A DNA stretch of 64,000 nt. It comes from Chromatiaceae bacterium. Its GTDB lineage: Bacteria; Pseudomonadota; Gammaproteobacteria; Chromatiales; Chromatiaceae. Under the pieces are notes generated by a model. That model made no database searches. It was not told the DNA's origin and saw nothing but the letters and a program-made list of their open reading frames with translations. The stretch's first letter is position 1, and every line of letters begins with the position of its first letter. The stretch lies in assembly GCA_026984455.1 (NCBI GenBank), contig JALSSC010000064.1:39363-103362 (forward strand), read 5' to 3'. Below are positions 59,370 through 64,000 of the stretch, piece after piece. The translations under genes and the position numbers were made by a program.

Positions 59370-61575
59370 GGGCCGGCCCTCCTTCGGGAATGGCCGCTGC
59401 CCCGGGGGTCTGGACCTCCACCGCCGGGGGACTGGGCATGGACGCAGCGTCCTCCTCCGTGGCCGCCGGCGGCGGGCCGCCGGGGGGGAGGGCCTCTTGG
59501 CCCTCGGGCCGGGGCGCTGGGCCGGCCCCTTCGGTTGCGGCCGGGGGCGCCGCCGGTGCGGGCCGGTCCAAGGGCAGGATACCTTCCGGGGTCACCTCCA
59601 GCCACACCAGGCGGCGATGGAAACGGCCCTGGGGATCGAGGCTCAGTTCGCCGGTGGCGCCCGGCAGGCGGAAGCCGGGGAAGTCGCGGAAGTCCTGGAG
59701 GTGTGCCAATACTGCATAGGCATCCAGGCCCAGGGCGACGAGCCGGGCGAGGGGGCCGCGGGCCTCGGGCAGGAGGCCCGCCAGGTGCTCGCGGGACAGG
59801 GGGGCGTCCTTCCGGTCCTCTTCCCGCTTCGGGACCAGCCAGGGGATCTCGGTGAAGCGGAGGCCGGCGAGGTCGATGTCCCGGATCGGGTCGAACTTCA
59901 GCGGGTTCGCCCGGGACGTAGCGTAGACCGGCAGGGAACCGAGACGCAGGAAGACCATCTGCGGCAGCAGTTGGCGCGCCTGACCGGGGCGCGCCAGCAG
60001 GAACAGGCCCGCCGCGTCGCGGCGCCGCCGGGGGGTGAATCCGAACCGTCTGCCGGTGAGGGACTGGAGGGCCTTGAGGCGGGTGGTGCTGGCGTCCAGA
60101 TTGAACAGGGCCTCTATCTGCGGGCGGAAATCCACCCCTCCAGGGTCGTAGACACCGGTCTCGGCGAGCACCCCGCCAGCGTCGGCCATGGCCTCACCGA
60201 AGGCCTTGCCCAGGCGTTTGCCCAGGGGGCCCTGGGGAAGCATGGCGAGGGCCGCCGTCGGGCCGTCGGCGAGGATCCGGCGGGCCGCCTGGTCGGCCTC
60301 GTCTTCGGGCGCCAGGGCCAGTTGCCAGAGGAGGCCGCCCGGGATCGGGGCGTCCGGGGCGGGCCCGGGGGGCGTCGTCTCGGGGGTGCCCGCCGTTTGC
60401 CCCTGTTCCTGGGCAGGGGAGGGGGGAGCGCTGCCGTTGTCCGCCGCACCCGTGGCGGGGGGCGGTACGACCGTCTTGGGCAGGCGGTTGAGGGCGAGCA
60501 CCGGCAGGGCGGGCTGGCCGGCCTGCGCCAGGGCCTCCAGGGCCGGCTTCTGCAAGGGGCCCACCACCGCCGTGGCCCCGGCCGCCACGGCCTGTTGGAG
60601 CAGGTCCGGGGCCTGGCCGGGGTCGGAGCTGTCGTAGAAGGTGATCCGTCCGCGCCGGTCCGGCGGTGTCCGGTACCAGGCCGCCAGCAGGCCCCAGGTG
60701 ATGGCGCGCGCGGCCCGGGCATAGCGGCCCCGGGCCGGCAGGAGCACGGCGATGTGGCCCATCCGGGCGAGGCCCTGGTCACGAGCGCTCAGGTAACGGC
60801 GGATCAGTCCGGGCAGGGCCGGGTGTCCGGGGTGGGCCTGGCGCCATGCCTCCAGGGCCGCGCGGGTCGTCGCCGGATCGGCGGCGTAGCCCTGGAGGAT
60901 CCGGGCCAGGTCCATCCAGCCGCCCAGGACACCCGTTGGGCCGGGGCGGTGGCCTTGCAGGGTCTCGCTGGGCAATACCAACAGCGTGCGCAGCAGTTGG
61001 GCCTGCACCTCCAGGCGGCGGTCCGGCTCGCCGAGGGCGAGATCCAGGTGGGCGAGGGCATCGGCGCTGCCGACGAGGTCGCCCTGCAGGCGCCGCACCT
61101 GGGCGAGGGCCGCGAAATGGCGTTGGCGCAGATCGGCCGGGGCGTCCTGGGGCGGGGCCTGGGCCAGCCACTCCAGGGCCGCCCCGGGATCCCCGCGGGC
61201 CAGGGCCAATTCGGCCCGGAGCAGCCGCGCGCGCAAGGCGGCGCGCGGCGCCAGGGGCCGTCCGGCGAGGGCCTCCATGGCCCTCGCCGCCGCCTCGGTC
61301 TCCCCGCCCGCGAGCAGGGCCCGGGCCTGGCGAAGGTACAGGTCCACCGCGGCGGCCGGTGGCTGGGTGGCGGCGAGGCGCCCAAAGATCTCGGCCGCTG
61401 CGCTAAACTCGCCCTTGGCCTGTAGCGCGGCGGCCTGACGCAGGCCCTCCTCCAGGGCCGCCCTGGAGGCCTCGGCGGGCTTCTTCGCGGGCGCCTCCTT
61501 CAACGGCGCCTGGCCACAGCCCGACAACGCCAGAAGCAGGCCGAGCCCGATCAGGGCGGGAATGAATCGCATCAT
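59356..61575 (-). CDS. lpoA: penicillin-binding protein activator LpoA (YraM)
   Basis: 739 aa with the lipoprotein signal [20 protein letters not shown], an N-terminal TPR-like region and a C-terminal periplasmic-binding-protein-like domain. It is divergent from rsmI, as in enterics. Confidence 0.8.
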
Positions 61576-61595
61576 GCAGTCAGCGGGAGGGTTCG

Positions 61596-62441
61596 ATGGG
61601 TGATGGAAATGGAGGGGGGATACTATACGTGGTCGCCACGCCCATCGGCAATCTCGCCGACCTGAGCGGGCGGGCGCGTGAGGTGCTCGCCACGGTGGAT
61701 CGCATCGCCGCCGAGGACACCCGCCAGACCGCGGTGTTGCTGCGCCACTATGGCCTGAGCACCCCCTTGGTGGCCTATCACGAACACAACGAAGAGGCCA
61801 TGGCCCGGCGTCTGGTGGAGGCCCTGGCCGGGGGGGAGCGCATCGCCCTGGTCACCGATGCCGGCACCCCGCTGGTGAGCGATCCGGGCTACCGGCTGGT
61901 GCGGGCGGCCCGCGCCGGCGGCCTGCGGGTGGAGCCGGTCCCCGGCCCGAGCGCCTGCATAACCGCCCTGAGCGCGGCCGGCCTGCCCAGCGACCGGTTC
62001 CTGTTCCTCGGTTTTCCGCCGCGAGCCCACGCCCGGCGCCGGGCGGAATTCGCCGCCGTGCGCGGCGAGCCGGGCACCCTGGTCTGGTACGAATCCGGGC
62101 GGCGCATCGTCGCCACCCTGAGCGACCTGATCCAGGTCCTGGGCGGGGATCGGGAGGGGGTCCTGGCGCGGGAGCTGACCAAGCTCCACGAGACCTTTCT
62201 GTACGGCACCCTGGCGAGCCTGCATGGGCGTCTGGAGCGCGATCCCGAGCAGTGTCTCGGGGAGATGGTATTGTTGGTGGCGGGGGCGCGCGCGGAGGCC
62301 GCGGACGAGGCCGAGGCGCGGCGGGTGCTCGGCCTGTTGCTGCCCGAGCTGCCCCTCAAGAAGGCCGTGTCCCTGACCGCGGAGATCACTGCGGCGCGGC
62401 GTAACCGGATCTATGAACTGGCCCTGGAGATGCGGCGATGA
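61596..62441 (+). CDS. rsmI: 16S rRNA (cytidine1402-2'-O)-methyltransferase
   Basis: 281 aa: LYVVATPIGNLADLS.RA...L..VD.IAAEDTR, and SDAGTPLVSDPGYRLV. Confidence 0.9.
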   Translation: MGDGNGGGILYVVATPIGNLADLSGRAREVLATVDRIAAEDTRQTAVLLRHYGLSTPLVAYHEHNEEAMARRLVEALAGGERIALVTDAGTPLVSDPGYRLVRAARAGGLRVEPVPGPSACITALSAAGLPSDRFLFLGFPPRAHARRRAEFAAVRGEPGTLVWYESGRRIVATLSDLIQVLGGDREGVLARELTKLHETFLYGTLASLHGRLERDPEQCLGEMVLLVAGARAEAADEAEARRVLGLLLPELPLKKAVSLTAEITAARRNRIYELALEMRR

Positions 62442-62660
62442 GGGTGATCTCGGGGCGGGAGGTGCTGCCTCTGGGCAGTGCTGTCCCGGTGCGGCGGGCA
62501 CAGGTGCAGGAAGCCGTCGGACGCCAGACGGGCGGCGAGCATCACCTCGTCGATGCGCTGGTGCTCGCTCCAGGTGATGGCAGGGCGGGGACGGGGGCCG
62601 TGGGCGGGCGATGGTGAAGGCAATGAGGGACAGATCCCCTGATCCGCAGAGGGGGCTCCC

Positions 62661-63128
62661 TTGAGTCGTCCACGCAGTGCCGGGATCCTCCTGTATCGCC
62701 GCACTCCGGGCCTGGAGGTGCTGCTGGTCCACCCGGGCGGTCCCTTCTGGGCACACCGTGACCTGGGGGCCTGGTCCATCCCCAAGGGTCTGTGCGAGCC
62801 GGGTGAAGAACCCCTCCAGGCGGGCCGCCGCGAGTTCGAGGAGGAGACCGGCTTCTCCGTGGCCGGCGACTTTCTGGATCTCGGCGAGGTGCGCCAGCCC
62901 AGTGGCAAGATCGTCCACGTCTGGGCCCTGGCGGGCGACCTGGACGCCACCCGGATCCACAGCAACACCTTTCCTCTGGAGTGGCCGCGCGGATCCGGCC
63001 GTGTCGTGCAGACCCCGGAGGTGGACCGGGGGCAATGGTTCGACCTGGAGACGGCCCGCAGCCGCCTCCATCCGGGCCAGGTCCCCTTCCTGGAACGCCT
63101 TCGGAGGCATCTGGAGGGCGACCGGTGA
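62661..63128 (+). CDS. NUDIX hydrolase
   Basis: 155 aa with Nudix box GLCEPGEEPLQAGRREFEEETG. Confidence 0.8.
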   Translation: MSRPRSAGILLYRRTPGLEVLLVHPGGPFWAHRDLGAWSIPKGLCEPGEEPLQAGRREFEEETGFSVAGDFLDLGEVRQPSGKIVHVWALAGDLDATRIHSNTFPLEWPRGSGRVVQTPEVDRGQWFDLETARSRLHPGQVPFLERLRRHLEGDR

Positions 63129-63874
63129 GCCGGTCCCCTTACCGCATCGGCACCTCCGGATGGAGCTATCCGCATTGGCGCGGGGCCTTCTATCCCCGGG
63201 ATCTCGCCCGGGCCCGGTGGTTCGCCTTCTACGCCGGGCACTTCGATACGGTGGAGGTCAACGCCACCTTCTATCGCCGCTTCAGGCCCGAGACCTATCG
63301 CCACTGGAGGGACAAGGCCCCGTCCGGCTTCCGCTACGTCTTCAAGGTGCCACGGCTCATCAGTCACCGCAAACGCCTGCGTGATTGCCAAGACCTCATC
63401 GCGGAATTCAGCGGCTCGGCCGCCTTGACGGGCGATCGCTTCGGTCTGGCCCTGTTGCAACTGCCACCCGGCCTGCACCAGGACCTGCACCGCCTGGAGA
63501 CCGCCCTGAGGGCATTCGGCGACCCGCGCCGGGTGGCGGTGGAGTTCCGCCACCCGAGTTGGCTGAGCGCGGACACCCGGCGCCTGCTGGAGCGACTCGG
63601 CAGTCCCTTCGTGGCCGCCGATTCCCCCCAAGGGCGGGCCTTGGACTGGCTCACTGGCGACTATGGCTACATCCGCCTGCATGGCCGTTCGCGCTGGTAC
63701 GACTACGACTATGCCCCGGCCGAGATCGAGGAGATCGCCGCCCTGGCCGAAGGCATGGTGGCGCGGGGGGCGCGCGCGGTCTATGTGTTCTTCAACAACG
63801 ACACGGCGGGCTATGCGCCGGGCAATGCGCTGGCGCTGAATATGCGTCTTCGCGGCGGGTCGCTGGAGCCCTGA
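63125..63874 (+). CDS. DUF72 family protein
   Basis: The GTG start overlaps the NUDIX stop. Motifs: YRIGTSGWSYPHWRGAFYP, FDTVEVNATFY, LLQLPP, AVEFRHPSW, and YIRLHG. Confidence 0.85.
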   Translation: MSRSPYRIGTSGWSYPHWRGAFYPRDLARARWFAFYAGHFDTVEVNATFYRRFRPETYRHWRDKAPSGFRYVFKVPRLISHRKRLRDCQDLIAEFSGSAALTGDRFGLALLQLPPGLHQDLHRLETALRAFGDPRRVAVEFRHPSWLSADTRRLLERLGSPFVAADSPQGRALDWLTGDYGYIRLHGRSRWYDYDYAPAEIEEIAALAEGMVARGARAVYVFFNNDTAGYAPGNALALNMRLRGGSLEP

Positions 63875-64000
63875 GCCGAGCCCCGATAGGGGGCCATCCA
63901 CCCGCGTGGAAAGTCGCGGGTCGTCCCATACCGTGTGGCGTCAGGGGAAGACGTCAGCTCGCGATGGCCGTGAAGTCTTCACACCAGTCGTCGGCACCCA

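Noticed and set aside
62442-62660. A minus-strand reading ...ITWSEHQRIDEVMLAARLASDGFLHLC... faintly reminiscent of the N-terminus of DUF952 proteins. It could be a gene remnant between rsmI and the NUDIX gene.
   Set aside because: There is no start codon or RBS. The similarity is limited to a GFLHL-type patch, and the frame continues into rsmI antisense. It cannot be supported without a profile search.
63957-64000. A possible 3' end of a minus-strand gene at the right edge (reading ...EDFTAIAS-stop).
   Set aside because: Only about 14 codons are visible, which is too short to support any call.

Overview
This is a high-GC proteobacterial chromosome segment. Gene order looks gammaproteobacterial, and no database search was possible. 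Most of the window is conserved housekeeping synteny:
- folD
- birA-coaX-SPOR
- a cobalamin riboswitch with btuB and a PduO-type adenosyltransferase
- fkpB-ispH-thiO
- tRNA-Pro and ispB
- an NtrC/sigma-54 controlled porin-glnK-amtB operon
- mltF, feoABC, pilT-pilU
- yggS-proC-yggT-yggU
- aroQ-accB-accC-prmA
- cutA-dsbD-tlpA
- the rsmI/lpoA/yraN/diaA/dolP cluster

Four things stand out.
1. The left edge carries the 5' end of an extracellular contractile injection system (eCIS)-like operon: DUF4255, an unknown protein, then a tail sheath that runs off the window. It is preceded by a sigma-54 -24/-12 promoter, an IHF-like core and a perfect palindrome. An orphan sigma-54 activator sits next to it, and its receiver domain lacks the phospho-acceptor residues.
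2. A ~170-205 bp foldback element with terminal inverted repeats and TA flanks (MITE-like) occurs at least 7 times plus one minimal TIR-TIR palindrome. All copies are intergenic and often lie within tens of bp of start codons. One copy is inserted 6 nt after the B12 box of the btuB riboswitch. Two same-orientation copies bracket an ABC exporter pair.
3. A ~55-nt hairpin-containing leader motif is shared between the sheath gene and a 50-codon CxxC membrane ORF.
4. A lower-GC accessory block (about 10.8-21.5 kb) holds a heterodimeric YojI/cyclic-peptide-type ABC exporter, DUF4342, an orphan membrane protein, a Pst-like transporter without phoU, and two unexplained non-coding gaps.

No CRISPR array, rRNA gene, transposase or integrase was seen. 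Many long ORFs in the supplied track are antisense artefacts of the high GC content.
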